From assembly GCA_035084275.1 (NCBI GenBank), contig CM068762.1, forward strand, positions 11,842,001 to 11,906,000: DNA of 64,000 nt, written 5' to 3'. This stretch comes from Hydrolagus colliei (taxonomy: Eukaryota). Position numbers and translations under genes: made by a program. This document shows, one piece after another, positions 22,301 to 51,981 of the stretch (the first letter of the stretch is position 1; the number at the start of each line of letters is the position of its first letter). The notes under the pieces were generated by a model. That model made no database searches, was not told where the DNA came from, and saw only the letters and a list, made by a program, of their open reading frames with translations.

Positions 22301-22399
22301 TATACCTCTTTGGAATGACACTCGCATGGGTGACTGTCCTGGCCATATTTTTTTCAGGGATGTCCTACCGTGATGTAAACAAGCTCAAATTGTTGTTGT

Positions 22400-22778
22400 T
22401 CTAGCCATCACTGAGGTGTTGTTGCTGCTGTTGTTTTTCCAACCGTCACTGGGGTGTTGTTGCTGCTGTTGTTGTTATTCCAGCCACCACAGAGGTGTTG
22501 TTGTTGTTGACGTCGTGACTGAGTTGTTGCTGTTGTTCTTCCAACCATCACTGGGGTTGTAGTTGTTGTTGTTGACATTGTGACTGAGTTGTTGCTGTTG
22601 TTATTCCAGCCATCACTGGGGTTGTTGTTGTTGTTGTTGTTGTTGTGACTGAGTTGTTGCTGTTGTTCTTTCAACCATCACTGGGGCTGTTGTTGGTGTT
22701 GTTCCAACCGTTTCTGAGGTGTTTGTTGTCGTCGTCGTCACTGAGGTGTTGTTGTTGTTGTTGTTCCAACTGTCACTC
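22400..22778. repeat. Compound (GTT/GCT)n minisatellite upstream of the GNAI3 promoter
   Basis: Repeated blocks of the type CATCACTGGGG-(GTT)n-ATTCCAGC/CCAAC. Confidence 0.9.
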
Positions 22779-22779
22779 A

Positions 22780-39593
<16,814 letters not shown>

Positions 39594-39695
39594 GGTTGTC
39601 CAGGAGGGAACATTCAGGTGAGAGTGAAAGTCTCGCTGGTTTGTGAGCCAGAGTTGGAAACTCACGATATACAGTTGGCTTACTCTTTGCTGAGC

Positions 39696-40020
39696 TCCTG
39701 TAGCTCAGTAGTTAGAGCACTCGCCTTACGAGGGTGAGACCTGTATTCAAATCCAGGCAGATAAGGGCGAAACCCTGGACAAGTTTCCCTACTCCACACA
39801 CACGCCTAATAATAATCCGTCCCCCCCAAAAAAACGGTAACAAATTGGTCATTTCAATTCCACGACTGTTTGTGGGGACACTGCTGCGCGCAATTGGCTG
39901 CCGTGTTTCGCCAATGAATATACAGTTAATTTACTTCGCATTATATTCTGTGAAGCGCTTTGAGACACTGATAAGATGTGAAAAGCGCTATATCAAATGC
40001 AAGAATTATTATTATTATTA
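39696..40020 (+). mobile_element. Full-length Deu-domain SINE (GNAI3 3' UTR intron)
   Basis: A-box TAGCTCAGTAG, B-box-like ATTCAAATCC, Deu core, (ATT)n tail. Confidence 0.88.
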
Positions 40021-40209
40021 CTGGTCGCTTTTCTTTGTTTTAAAAAAAAAGAACATCTCAAGTATAGGTTTAAGCAAACGCGCTCTCGTGAACAAAACCC
40101 AACACAACGATGACACCGGGACGTCCTCCCGACGTGAAAGGCGCGGTGCGAATGTAACGCTGTTTTGGACAACACGAATGACATGACCTTCCTCTCTTCT
40201 TGCTTTCAG

Positions 40210-43200
40210 GCTTTTGTTAACGGAAGGGATCCTGCGGCAGATTCTTTTGTTCCCTGATTAACGCTGCTCGTCGCATGAGGCGGGATGGTTGAAAAGGGCG
40301 TGGCTGAAGTCGTCCGTGTGGGGAGGCTGCATGCACGATACTTGTATTCATTACTAAATATGTATTATGAGCATTTTTAAAACTAGTTGCATTGTAGGCT
40401 GACAGCGGCAGGTACACACCATGTACGTGTTCAAACTCAGCGTTCAGTTGGTTCAATCGGTTTTCACCACACCTTTTGTTTTTATCTCGCCTTCCTCTTT
40501 TTTTTTTTTGCCTTCTAAACATTACGTATCCAATCGAGTTGAATCCCACGCTGCCTTCGGTTTGGTTGACCAAAATGTGATAACTTCTATACGACCATTC
40601 TTTGTTTTGCAAGATATTTGACTGCGTTTTTCTTAAAGTGCGCCTGTGAGGCATTTTTAAACTTTCTAGTGTTAACAGTGTTGAAACGTGCTGCCGTGTT
40701 CCGTCACCGTCATTCCAGTTGCCTAAAGGATGTTTGTGCTGACATGAAGTTCAGGGTTTATGTTCAATCTCATATTTCTTATCCATACAAGGAGAGTTTT
40801 GTTTTATAATCAAATCAAAATCCCACACCGCTTGTACGAGAGGGATAGATTGGTGAACCCAGAATCCAACCAGAAAAGCAAGCCTGGTATTTTATATTGA
40901 CCTAACAAATGCCAAAGCGAGCTCCCTTGTTTAGTCAGGTGTCCCAATTATTGGATCAGACAAAATTCCCAGCCTATAGGGATCTGTAAACTTCTCCATC
41001 TAATGTTTCTCCTGCAGTGATGGTTGAGGAAGCTAGTTTATCATTGGGACTCCATTCACCTGCTGACTGCTGTTCAATTTGTCAAGATGCACATTGGCTA
41101 ACTCCTCATTCTGGGAACAGTATTGATATCAGATTTATTGTTTATTGTCTCCTGAGTAGCTTGATCCAACTCAGTGAATTGTATTCAGTGCCTGTATTGG
41201 TAAATGTACAACAGGATAGGATATACAGTAAAACCTTGTTTATCCGGTACCCAACCGACCAGCAAACTCAACCAACCGGTATCTCCCAAAACAATTCACC
41301 ATTCCAGCAACCGGATTTCATCCGGGACACTCGGTATGCTCACTTTACGCACGCGTGCGCATGCACACTTAGCAAACTTACTGAACGCTGGAATGCTTTT
41401 TTTAACCAATCATTTTACCGAGTGTGCTGGAATGATTTATTGGTAAGTATCCATACAATATACTGTTATTATTTAATCTATTATTAATATGGTTTGTTTT
41501 AAAATAAGTTTTTTTAAAAATTTGTTGGATTTTCAGCAAATTGCCGCCCAATATCCGGCATATTTGATTAATTCTGCACTGGTCAGGTCCCGAGGGTGCC
41601 GGATAACAACGGTTTTACTGTAGTTCACAATGTGAGGGAGACTGCTTTGTTGGAAATTAAGTATAAAAGAACAGGCTTCTCACTCTGGCCTTTTCGTCTC
41701 AGCTCTTCGTGTGCTGTCTTAATTAAGTTGTTGTTTCAGGCACAAATTTACTCTGCTTTTTACATTTTGGGGAATCTGTCCCTGATATTTTCTGCTCTCG
41801 TTTGTTTCAGTGTTGATTACCGTTAAAAGGTTACTTCTCCTTCCACCTCATTCACCAACGAAGAGGTTCACAATCACCAAGCCTTTTTGAGCCAAACCCA
41901 AGTGAGCTGGAGAGTGCTGGAGCTCAGCTTGCCAGTGACCGTTTCCAAATCTAGTCCTGCAAATATATTGGTTGGGTGACTGAGAATTCCAGTATTACTT
42001 GTGGTGAATGAAACGTGAGACTGAATAGTATTAATTAATACAGGTTGTGCCAAAAGCATGTGTTTAAAAATGGGACCTATGAATTGCTGGTGTTAATCAA
42101 ATGGTTTTAAAGTATGTCCCAAGTCTTATTAAAAAAAAGTGTTACTGGGAGTCAAGGATGGAGCTATGCCCCGACGTTAGTTCATACAAATCGTGAATGG
42201 CAATGGAATATCTTGCAACCCTGTTTTCTTTGCTGGTTTACTAGTGTGAGTGTATTTCTAGTTGAGTGTGTTAAGGCGCCAATGTTTGGGAAATCTCTGC
42301 GCGGCTGCTAGGAATTTGAAACGGTTGTTTGGGCTTTTAGTCATTTATGATCACAAGTAGAATTTGGTGACACCAGAAGCACCCATCGCTTACCAGTTAA
42401 CTTGCACTTTTGTTGCTCTTTGTATTCCGCACATTGACTCATCCACTCTTGAGATCTATTTGGTTTATTGGCCAAATAGAGATTCTTCCCGCCTCTCTCC
42501 CCCACAGTGTTTCAGTCAACATTGAGTTGGTCTCCCTTCGTCCCGTTAAACAGCCAGTTGTCATAGCTAAATACATCATATCCACCTGTTTTATTGACCC
42601 GAGAAACCACTAGTCACAACTGGGATCTAAAGGTGAAGAAAAACCAGGAGCAAGAAATGCTCAAAACAGCTTTTTAATAGTATAGGATTTCCCCCGCCTG
42701 GTCAGTTGGTAATTCTTGTGAATAACTGTCCTGTACGTCATGTCCATTTATTTAATGGGGCTCATCGGTGATGCCTCAGCACGTTTCAACATTTGACGAT
42801 CACTGCAAGGTTGTTGGGCATTTGGATAGCTTTACCTTTCTGGCAATGAACTGTGATATTTTCTAATGGGTCTTCTAATCATCTAATCTTTTAATGCCAA
42901 CATCATGTTTTTTTTTAAAAACTGTAAATGTCTTTTTGAACTGTTACCATAATCCGCCTGAGTATTTTGTAAATGTGCCAAATTCCCGTTATGCCTTGTT
43001 ATTTCTTCTCCCTTCTTCAACCCCCCCCCCACCCCCCCCCCTTTCTCCCACCCTTGAATAAATTGTAGCTCTAACATAGTGAGTACATTCCTCTGCTGGA
43101 TTGTTGCTTTGTGGGTTTAGACTTTCGGTCTTGTTTGTATCCGCTGCCTTTGTTACTGTAGTGGCAGTTCTAAATAATAAAATGCAAACTTTTTTCGAGT

Positions 43201-43256
43201 TTAACATTGCCACCAGCCTGGATTCTTTCCATCCTAACAGCAGTGTCACGAATAAA
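40210..43256 (+). other. GNAI3: Probable GNAI3 non-coding last exon / 3' UTR
   Basis: Polypyrimidine acceptor ...CTTCTTGCTTTCAG at 40209; candidate AATAAA at 43057-43062 and 43251-43256. The 3' end is uncertain. Confidence 0.55.
41226..41620. mobile_element. Non-autonomous TcMar/Tigger-like MITE
   Basis: TIRs CAGTAAAACCTTGTTTATCCGGTACCC / CAGTAAAACCGTTGTTATCCGGCACCC, TA target duplication. Confidence 0.8.
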
Positions 43257-45584
43257 CTTTAAATGCTTTTTTTAAAAATATGTTCTGCTTACAAATAGTG
43301 TAGCTTGGTTTCGCCTAATATGTGTTCAATTCACATTGCAGTATATTCTGTGAAGCGCTTTGAGATGTCTCAATAACGTGATCAACCATTATATACAGTA
43401 CTATGAATTTGAATATAAAAAATTTTTATAACTAGCACATTATTACTTATGTAATACTGGAAAACACATGAGTAAAATTTTGCATTTTGTCACAGTGAGG
43501 GTTATTATTGAGTGTAGAATTGAAGAGTTATATAGAATAGCTTGTATTGGTGTTATCTATCCAGTCCTTTATTTGTATTGTATGCATATATCATTTATTT
43601 AATGAATCCCTATTTAGTGCTGAAAAACAAAATACTATAGGTAGTGACACAACTGATAATGGGTACAATCATTCTTTATTGGAGCTAAAAGATTAACCTT
43701 AAAATATGGTTATAACATTGCCGCTGTGGAGGGAAAGCCACATATTACAAAGCACATGCACCTAGATTTGCTTAAGAGAAGAATTGCCAATTGAGCACTA
43801 ATTTGCATGAAGTAAAATTTCTGTCTGAATTAGTCAATATTCTGTGTCATTTTAAGATGCTTTATAACTCTCAACTGCAAACCAGCCACATAAACAGAAT
43901 GCATTCATGGCAGCTCCTACAATATGCTTTTTAAAATGTAATAATTTAGTTTACATAGAAAGGGTGGGAACAAGAAATAATATGCAAAAAAAAAAGCCTG
44001 AAGATTATAATGCACTGAATAGTTTCAAGAACAGTCATATATTAGATATCCTGCCTTTCATTTCTGGGGCTAACGCAGGATTTTGTAGGAAAGCCCTACG
44101 TTTATTTTTAACACTACTGAACCTTCCTAAAGCTTTACAATGATTTCAAGCTGGCCCGAGAAACAGTGGAATGAGATTCAGATGTGCGTTGTCATTTCAG
44201 TGCTGGCTGAATTCTGACCAAATTATGAAACGATTAAAACTTTTGTTGGGAGAACTCAACCATGTAGACCAGTAAACTAGCGCTGTGTTCAGAATTTAAT
44301 GGTGTATAAAGTTCACATTGTTAAATGTTGCTCATGCAAGGATTATTAGTGTTATACCACCAGATTTGAGATATGGCCAAATTCGATTCGCGTTTGTGTG
44401 ACTCGGTGTGTTCCAGTTTAGGAGAAAGCCAACGATAACGTTGTGACTTTTCCAATGTCACCTTGAAGCTTAACTATTGAAAACAATTTTAAGAGGTCAA
44501 TGCTTTTGTCTGTACTTCTAAAACACACAGCTACTACACTTCACAGTAAATGCCCAAACATGTCAACATGCCCAAATGCGAAAGATCATTGTGAGTTGCA
44601 CAAAATTTGTCAAGGTGAAAAATTTTCAAAGCCTACGGTTCCAAAGTGGCTAGCATATTTCCAGATTTGACGCATGGTATTTCAAGACCGAAATTCGGAG
44701 TCGAGGTTTCCTGTACCCCGCCTTCTGTTGCTCCTTTTCCACGTCGGTGTTTCGCGAATATTTAAAGCCGGCCAGCCTGCTCGCGAGGGTTTCTGACTTG
44801 CTTGTTTCGCTGCTGAGATTAAATGTGGCGGCTCTTAAATTGCTAATGTGCAGAGTCGATCGAAGATTATGGATGCATCGTTCCCCCTGAGAAATCCGTT
44901 GGAAGAAGGAATGTCGGAATTGCCCTGACCGTTAAAAACGAAACAAATGCACAAAGATTAAAACTATAATAATACTGTACAGTACTTGGATTCGATGTTG
45001 CACCTTGTCAGGTCACAGAAGTTTCACAGGAATTTGCCGAAACAGAAACGTCATGAAATGAACAGACGTGAGCTCCTTTAGTGAGGCTTGCACTCGCGAT
45101 GTTGGATCAACATTGGCTTGCCACATGGTGTTGGATCAACCATCACAATACAACACGCGCTGTGTCCAAACAACAACAACAACTCGCATTTGTACAGCGC
45201 CTTTCACGTCGGGAGGACGTCCCAAGGCGCTGGACAATCGTGGATCAGGGATCCGAGCTGGGATCAGGAGGTTAGGGGATTGATTGACGGCGCGATCGAA
45301 GTTTGACTTGATAAATTCCTGCAAAGAGGCGAGCAATTGCTGGCAGTTAAATAAGAGTTAAATCCTTTTTTAAAAAAAAAAAGAATTTGTGCGCCTTACT
45401 GAGTTGAAAAACAAATCTATCAAAAAGAGAAAGTATCTGCCCGTGAATCTGCAGGAACACTGCCGAGAACTCCAGTCATTCCTGCTAATTAGTTTGTTAA
45501 AGACATTTCTGAAACCAATATCCTTAGCCAACAAGGCGAAGTGATAATTAAACACATACTCCTCTGGTTAGTTCATCGGTTTGC

Positions 45585-45615
<31 letters not shown>

Positions 45616-45743
45616 ACACACACAAAATACAGTCAATTTTACTCTACGGTATATTACATGGGAGTGCTTTGGGACGTATTCAAAGACGTGCTAAGGCAAT
45701 GAATGCAAGGATTAATATTATTTACCTGAGACACTAAAGAGTT

Positions 45744-45932
<189 letters not shown>

Positions 45933-45999
45933 CTGGGGGGTTAAAGCAGAAAGACTGGGCAAGAGCTCTCTGGGACACAATCCATGCATGAGGGGCCCC

Positions 46000-46051
<52 letters not shown>

Positions 46052-47429
46052 TATAATAATAAATTTATATATATTTCAATGCATGACTGTTTGTGGGGAT
46101 GCTGCTGTGTGCAATTGGCTGCCGCGTTTCACCTGTGACTGTACAGTCAATTCACTTTACTGTATATTCTGTGAAGCGCTTTGAGACGTCGATGAGATGG
46201 GAAAAAGCCGCCATATCAAATGCAATTATTATTATAATAAATGCAAGTTTGTGTTGTTAATCATGTCAATCCAGACGTGATTTTTTTCATTAATTAAACT
46301 GTGTTATGTGTCAGTGTGAGCGCAGGTTGTCAACCGGGGAAAATCACACGGACGAAATCCACACATTGGATTTTCGCTTCAGAAAGTGTCTGTGTTATTT
46401 TACCCCTTCACTGCTATTCATCGTGTGAGCAAAAATATTCTATATACAGTCCTGTGTGTGTATGTGTATATATATATATATAATATATATAGACACAGGT
46501 AGACTCACTTAACATGGCTTCAGTCAACGTTGTTTCGTTATTACGTCACTGATAAATATTCATTTAACGTTGCAACTTTCGCTATCGCCAGCGAGTGGAA
46601 ACAACTACTATGGGTAGCGTAGGCGTACATAGACGCTAAACTACCAGCCAAGTGCGCACAGGGGTGGTTTGTATCCCACAACCAGTCGTGGATTGAGTGG
46701 CCAAATTATCATTGGAAGCACCCACTCACTCACTAACTGACAAGCTTCATGCTGCTTGTCTCCAGCTAGTACCAATTTACCCCATGAAGACTTTGGCTCG
46801 CAGGGTTGGTCGAAGCCCTAACGAGCAGTGGTGATTATGTTGGGAGGAAACATTTCTTTTTGCTTGCCAACCTCTCCGATCCTTGGTCTGTTACTGAAAT
46901 GCTCAGAAGAGTATTCAGCTAAATACATATTCAGAGCCAAACACAGCTTTACATTAATTGTCCGCTGAACAGACAGACGCCTAAGCATAGTTTTGTCCAG
47001 CTGGCTCGCTGATTAAACTGCAGCGCAGTCTGAGTCCTTGCAACACAGTAAGGAAGCAGTCTGGATCTGCAAGTTGTTAAACGCACTCGCTCTTTAAGCT
47101 CATTGTTGCTTTAAAGGGAACTCGAACGCAGCGAATATCAACGTCACGCGAGATGAAACGCCCATCGGTTGAGGACAGATTGGTGTAGGAACTCAAAACT
47201 ACCTCCAGCAGGTAAAACTTATTTTTGTCTCACTGTGATCTTCACCTCTCTCTCTCTCGCTCTCTCTCTCTGACTCACTCTTTCATTGCGTTGTTCAGTG
47301 TATGCATGACTGAATGAGCGGAGACAGGGCTCAGGAACACAGTAACTGCTTCACTCTGGGCCATTACTCGGTGCTTAATTTGCTGTAACGTTTCCCATTC
47401 CTATTTCCGTGCCGACAAAATAAGATAAC

Positions 47430-47725
47430 CACAATCCTTGCACTCGATATAGCGGCTTTCCAACATCTTATCGTACGTCTCAAAGCGCTTCACAGAATAT
47501 ACTGTAAAGTGAATTGACTGTATATTTGTGGGCGAAACGCGGCAGCCAATTGCGCACAGCAACGTCCCCCACAAACAGTCGCGGATTAAAAATTACCAAT
47601 TTTGTTATTGTGGTTTTTTTGAACGGATTATTATTAGGTGTCTGTGTGTGTGTGTGTGTGGGGGGGGGGGTAAGGAAACTTGCCCAAGGTTTTGCCCTGA
47701 TCTGCCTGGATTGGAACCGGCCTTC
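47430..47725 (-). mobile_element. Deu-domain SINE within the GNAT2 pseudogene
   Basis: Antisense tail, core ACGCGGCAGCCAATTGCGCACAGC, partial head. Confidence 0.8.
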
Positions 47726-49036
47726 GTATTGTGATTATATTCAGTGAAGGCAGTTGGACCGAATCGTTCAATTGTTTTTTTGGGGCGAGAAACTCCCCAG
47801 CGGTGAGTTGAGAGAAAGAGAGAGAGAGAGCAACTCGTCTTCTGTGAGAGCCAGTGTCTCGGACAGTTCAGGGGCTCAGTGGTAGCGGCAGAGAACTGCC
47901 TCTGCCTCGCGCCATCAACAAAACGCGGGCAATCTGTGGCACAATCTGAGACCTTGCGGGCTGCTTCTTGACGTTTAAGCAACAGGCAAATCGCGCGACT
48001 TTCCACCGTGAGTTGAGACTGAGGAGAGCACAGCTCCTAACTACAAAGCCGACCTGAGGTCGGGCATTCTCTCTGCTCGCTCCGTCTCGGCGCTCGCGAG
48101 GCAGATTCGTTGCGATAACTTGTGGGCCGCCCACAGCTCCACAAGTGGCGGTATCCGAACAACCCCCTCCCCCCCCCCCCCCCCCCCCACACTCCCCACC
48201 CACACTCCCCACCCACACATCTCCCGCTCAGCTGCAAAGTGTGACAGAAATCATCAGGAAAACCGCAGAGCTTTCTGTCTGCAGCGGATACGGGGTTTTT
48301 TGCTGCAAACCCACGTTTGTTTGATGGTAGATACGCACGAAAAGGAAAGGCCCCCCCCCACACACACACACGTCTGTCTGTGTGGCTGCCACATTGGCTT
48401 ACCACAAATGATTCAAGCCGATGGCTTTTACTGTCTACTCTCTGAAGCGGTTTCAAGGTGTCTCGATGACTCGATAAAGGCGCCGTGTCAAGTGCAAGGC
48501 TTATTATCATTATTATTATTATGATTAATATTAATACGGTTGAAATGTACGCAAAGCACGCTCAGAAAGAAAGGTCTTCGGCTGGACTTTAAATGTGGGG
48601 AGGTGGATATTATTTTGGGTGGGGTGGGGAGGGGGGTGAGGGGGGGTGACGCTGGGATCGAGTTCAAAAGATCGGGCGCTGGATGGCTTACATTAATAAT
48701 GTAATAATACTGGCATTTAATAATAATAATAATAGCATTTTTATATGGCGCTTTTCACACCTTCTAGACGTCTCAAAACACTTCATAAAAGTTACTGTAA
48801 AGTGAATTGATTGTATATATCTGGGCAAAACGCGGCAGCCAATCGCGCACAGCAGCGTCGTCCCCCGTGGCTTGAAAATGACCGATTTATTACTGCTTTG
48901 CTTTTTTTTGTTGTTGGACGGATTATTATTATTATTATTATTATTATTAGCCGAGCGTGCGGAGTAAGGAAAGTTGCCCAGGGGGGTTTTGCTGACTGGA
49001 CCTGACTGGATTCGAAACACAAGTCGCAAGTCTTAC

Positions 49037-49135
49037 TATGAGGCCCACAGCATCTTCATCAGGTCCACCAATTCCTTGGGCATCGGTTCCTTCATCGACG
49101 GGAGTCTGCAGGTTAAACAGCTGTCTGCCGGCATC
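49037..49135 (-). pseudogene. GNAT2: GNAT2 pseudo-exon 4
   Basis: ag|DAGRQLFNLQTPVDEGT(+1)MPKELVDLMKMLW-[60 nt lost]-ASY|gtaag; 99 nt = 158 - 60 + 1. Confidence 0.85.
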
Positions 49136-49537
49136 CTACCAAATCACAAGCAACAATAATCCCCGCGTTCGATATAGAGTCTCATCGTGTCTTCGGAGAA
49201 AGTCTCACAACACAGAATGTCATCTAAAGTCGTTTTGACTGTATTTCGTGGGCGAAACGTGCCCGCCGATTGCACACAGCGCTCAGCGATGTCCCGTAAA
49301 ACAGTCGTGGAGCGAGTGGCCCTGGAGGGATTACTACTTCAGGAAAAGCCAGCCCGCCAATCGACTGACCGGGGTTCCTACCAGGCAAACGGAGGAGCGT
49401 GCGGAGTGAGGAAACTTGCCGAAGGTTTCCCCCTGCCCAGGAAATAAAACCCCGCGTCCTCTCGTGCGCGAGGCGAGGGCGAGGCCTCTGACCTCTGCTA
49501 GAGGAGTCACCACGCGCTAAAGGCTTTCGAAGCTCAC

Positions 49538-49659
49538 CCCACGTCATCGATCCCGAAGACCGTTCACGGCTCTGACGATGGCCAGGACGGACTGCAGGAC
49601 GTTGCCGGTAACGGCGGATAGCAACCCTAGACATTCCTCCTTCGAGTAGCCGTTCTATC
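49538..49659 (-). pseudogene. GNAT2: GNAT2 pseudo-exon 3
   Basis: NGYSKEECLGLLSAVTGNVLQSVLAIVRAVNGL(frameshift)GIDD|gtgag; shortened to ~122 nt. Confidence 0.82.
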
Positions 49660-49744
49660 CTCCGAGAAACCACAGAGTATTTCAATGCATCATTTCCTCC
49701 CCAAAGTCTATTCGTTGGATGGCTTGCTTTGTGTTTTGTGCTCT

Positions 49745-49759
49745 GGCGCCCTCTGGTGT
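49745..49759 (-). promoter_or_regulatory. CTCF-like motif
   Basis: Minus strand ACACCAGAGGGCGCC, close to the CTCF core CCACCAGAGGGCGC; motif match only. Confidence 0.45.
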
Positions 49760-49926
49760 AAAGTGGATACATAACACTCTCATTCACCTGTTTAATAATC
49801 CTTATTTAATTGATGTAGAGCTTGATATAGCGCTTTTTCACGTCTTGTAGACTATGTCTCAAAGCGCTTCACTGAGAGAAGTCGGTTGTTGACATACAGA
49901 GAGACGCGTAAATAAATGAAACTCAC

Positions 49927-49970
49927 ATTCATTTGCTTGACGATGGTGCTCTTTCCCGATTCACCAGCGC
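49927..49970 (-). pseudogene. GNAT2: GNAT2 pseudo-exon 2
   Basis: ag|GAGESGKSTIVKQM(K) with an extra T before GTGAGT, 44 nt instead of 43. Confidence 0.88.
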
Positions 49971-50716
49971 CTGTAACATCAGAAAAATGGCAGTTAGCGG
50001 GATAATAATAATAACATTAATAATAATAATCCTTGCATTTGATGTAGCGTTTTTCACGTCATTGAGACGTCTCAAAGCGCTTCACGGAATATACTGAAAA
50101 AGTAAAGGTTTCGCCCTGACCTGCCTGGATTCGAACAAAATACAGGTCTCACGCTTGTAAGGCCAGTGCTCTAACCACTGAGCTACAGGTCTCCAAACAG
50201 TCAGAACAGGACACACAAAACTGCATTGTCTCCATCAGAGATATAATGTCACAGCAAAGGCTTTTGGTCTCTTAACAAATTCACGCCCATCACAAACGTA
50301 TACACACTAGAATTTCAGTCTTATACCTTTTTTTTAATGTATATTGCTTGCTACGCTTCGTTTACAAGGGTTGGTTCCTTACTTCATGGCTTTATGCAAT
50401 AAATTGACTCATTATCCTGAAGTTCAAGTGCTTAATGGTTTGGTTCAAGAACAAATTAAAATTCTATTTTTAGTCCCTGAAGTACAAGGAATATTGACTT
50501 CTCAAGTCGTCAGTCACTTGTCTGATAAAGCCATTGCACTGATATTCACTGAAATGAAGATTCACAAAATGCTAAGACAGTGATATGCGTTTGTTAATTT
50601 GAGGAAGGTAACGTGGTCAGGCATGAAAGACAAGTGTCTAGAAAGTTGATGTTAATCCTCTCCAAACATGCAGTTCAGCAGTAGTTCCGCAGTAACCTGA
50701 GTACAAAAGTCAGGAA

Positions 50717-51313
50717 GTGCTGACTAACCTCTATAGGACTTTGGTGAGGCCCCAGCTGGAATACTGTGTTCAATTCTGGTCACCACACTACAGAAAGGAT
50801 GTGAAGGCATTGGAAAGGGTGCAGCGAAGATTTACTAGGATGGTGCCAGGATTGAGGGACTTCAGCTATGAGGAGAGGCTAGATAGGCTAGGGTTATTCT
50901 CTCTGGAGCAGAGAAGATTGAGGGGAGACCTAATAGAGGTTTATAAGATCATGAAGGGTTTCGACAGGGCAAATAGAGAAAAACTATTTCCACTCGTGGG
51001 TGAATCTGTGACTCGTGGTCACAGATTTAAAATAGTTTCAAGGCGAAGTAGAGGGGAGCTGAGGAGAAATTTTTTCACTCAGCAAGTTGTTCGAATCTGG
51101 AATGCATTGCCTGAAAAGGTGGTGGAGGCTGATTCGATAACAACTTTTAAAAGGGAATTAGACCTTTATTTAGGGAGAACGGGTCTATTAGGCTATGGGG
51201 AGCGGGCAGGGCAGTGGGATTGAATCGCTCTTTTCAAAGAGCCGGCACAGACTAGATGGGCCGAATGGCCTCCTTTTGTGCCGTAAAATTCTATGAATCT
51301 ATGAATCTATGAA
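50717..51313 (+). mobile_element. CR1 LINE 3' end with open ORF2 C-terminus
   Basis: LYRTLVRPQLEYCVQFWSPHYRKDVKALERVQRRFTRM...RRLRGDLIEVYKIM...VVRIWNALP, 3' UTR and (CTATGAAT)n tail. Confidence 0.95.
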
Positions 51314-51449
51314 CCTGTGCCTTATTAAATTTGTCTTTCGAAGTGCTTCAAACTGCTGTTTGCCTAACTAAAACATTCTAGCTCAAACGTCTGACTGAAA
51401 GTGCCAGCGAATTAGCCAAAGAAATGTTAAGAGACAAGAAAGACAGTGT

Positions 51450-51481
<32 letters not shown>

Positions 51482-51639
51482 GAAGAAACTGAAAAAGACC
51501 AAATCTAAAAAAGTTTTGGCACCAAAATTTCCAAAACAAGTTACGAGAATGTTACCTTATGAGACAATTCCCTAATGGGAATGATGGATTGACAGGGATA
51601 TACTGACCAGAGCCAAACCTACCTACCTACCTTCTCTCT

Positions 51640-51981
51640 CCTGTCAATCATTGGTTACCAGGGAGACAGTGGGCGGGTCTCTCTCTCCTGTCAATCACTG
51701 GTTACCAGGGAGACAGTGGGCGTGTCTCTCTCTCCTGTCAATCACTGGTTACCAGGGAGACAGTGGGCGAGTCTCTCTATCCTGTCATTCGGGCGAGTCA
51801 CTCTATCCTGTCAATCACTGGTTACCAGGGAGACAGTGGGCGGGACTCTACTCTGTCATTCGGGCGTGTCTCTATCCTGTCAATCACGGGTTACCAGGGA
51901 GACAGTGGGCGAGTCTCTCTCCTATCAATCACTGGTTACCAGGGAGACAGTGGGCGGATCTCACTCTCCTGTCAATCACTG
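51640..51981. repeat. ~47-bp minisatellite
   Basis: 6 long copies of CCTGTCAATCACTGGTTACCAGGGAGACAGTGGGCG(G/A/T)GTCTCTCTCT plus 2 internally deleted copies. Confidence 0.92.

Noticed and set aside
22408-22674. Poly-Q/N/T ORF
   Set aside because: Translation of the (GTT)n compound repeat.
39696-39770. tRNA-like sequences (also ~1227, ~9061-9150, ~12714, ~50100-50190)
   Set aside because: A/B-box heads continue into the Deu core and LINE-like tail and lack a complete cloverleaf; these are SINE heads, not tRNA genes.
39734-40186. Recurrent ORF family (...CAIGCR...IQSIHFT...KRFETL...KCKDYY), many copies in the track
   Set aside because: Translations of the SINE consensus, not a gene family.
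46320-46400. Possible GNAT2 exon 7 remnant (FLKRK...SV*F)
   Set aside because: Spacing and identity are too poor and there are no matching splice sites.
47185-47210. Minus-strand GAGGTAGTTTTGAG resembling a let-7/miR-196 seed
   Set aside because: Similarity is limited to ~8 nt and I could not see a precursor hairpin.
50415-50440. AAGCACTTGAACTTCAG on the minus strand resembling the end of GNAT2 exon 5 (KDLNFR)
   Set aside because: Wrong position (upstream of exon 2), with no flanking homology or donor.
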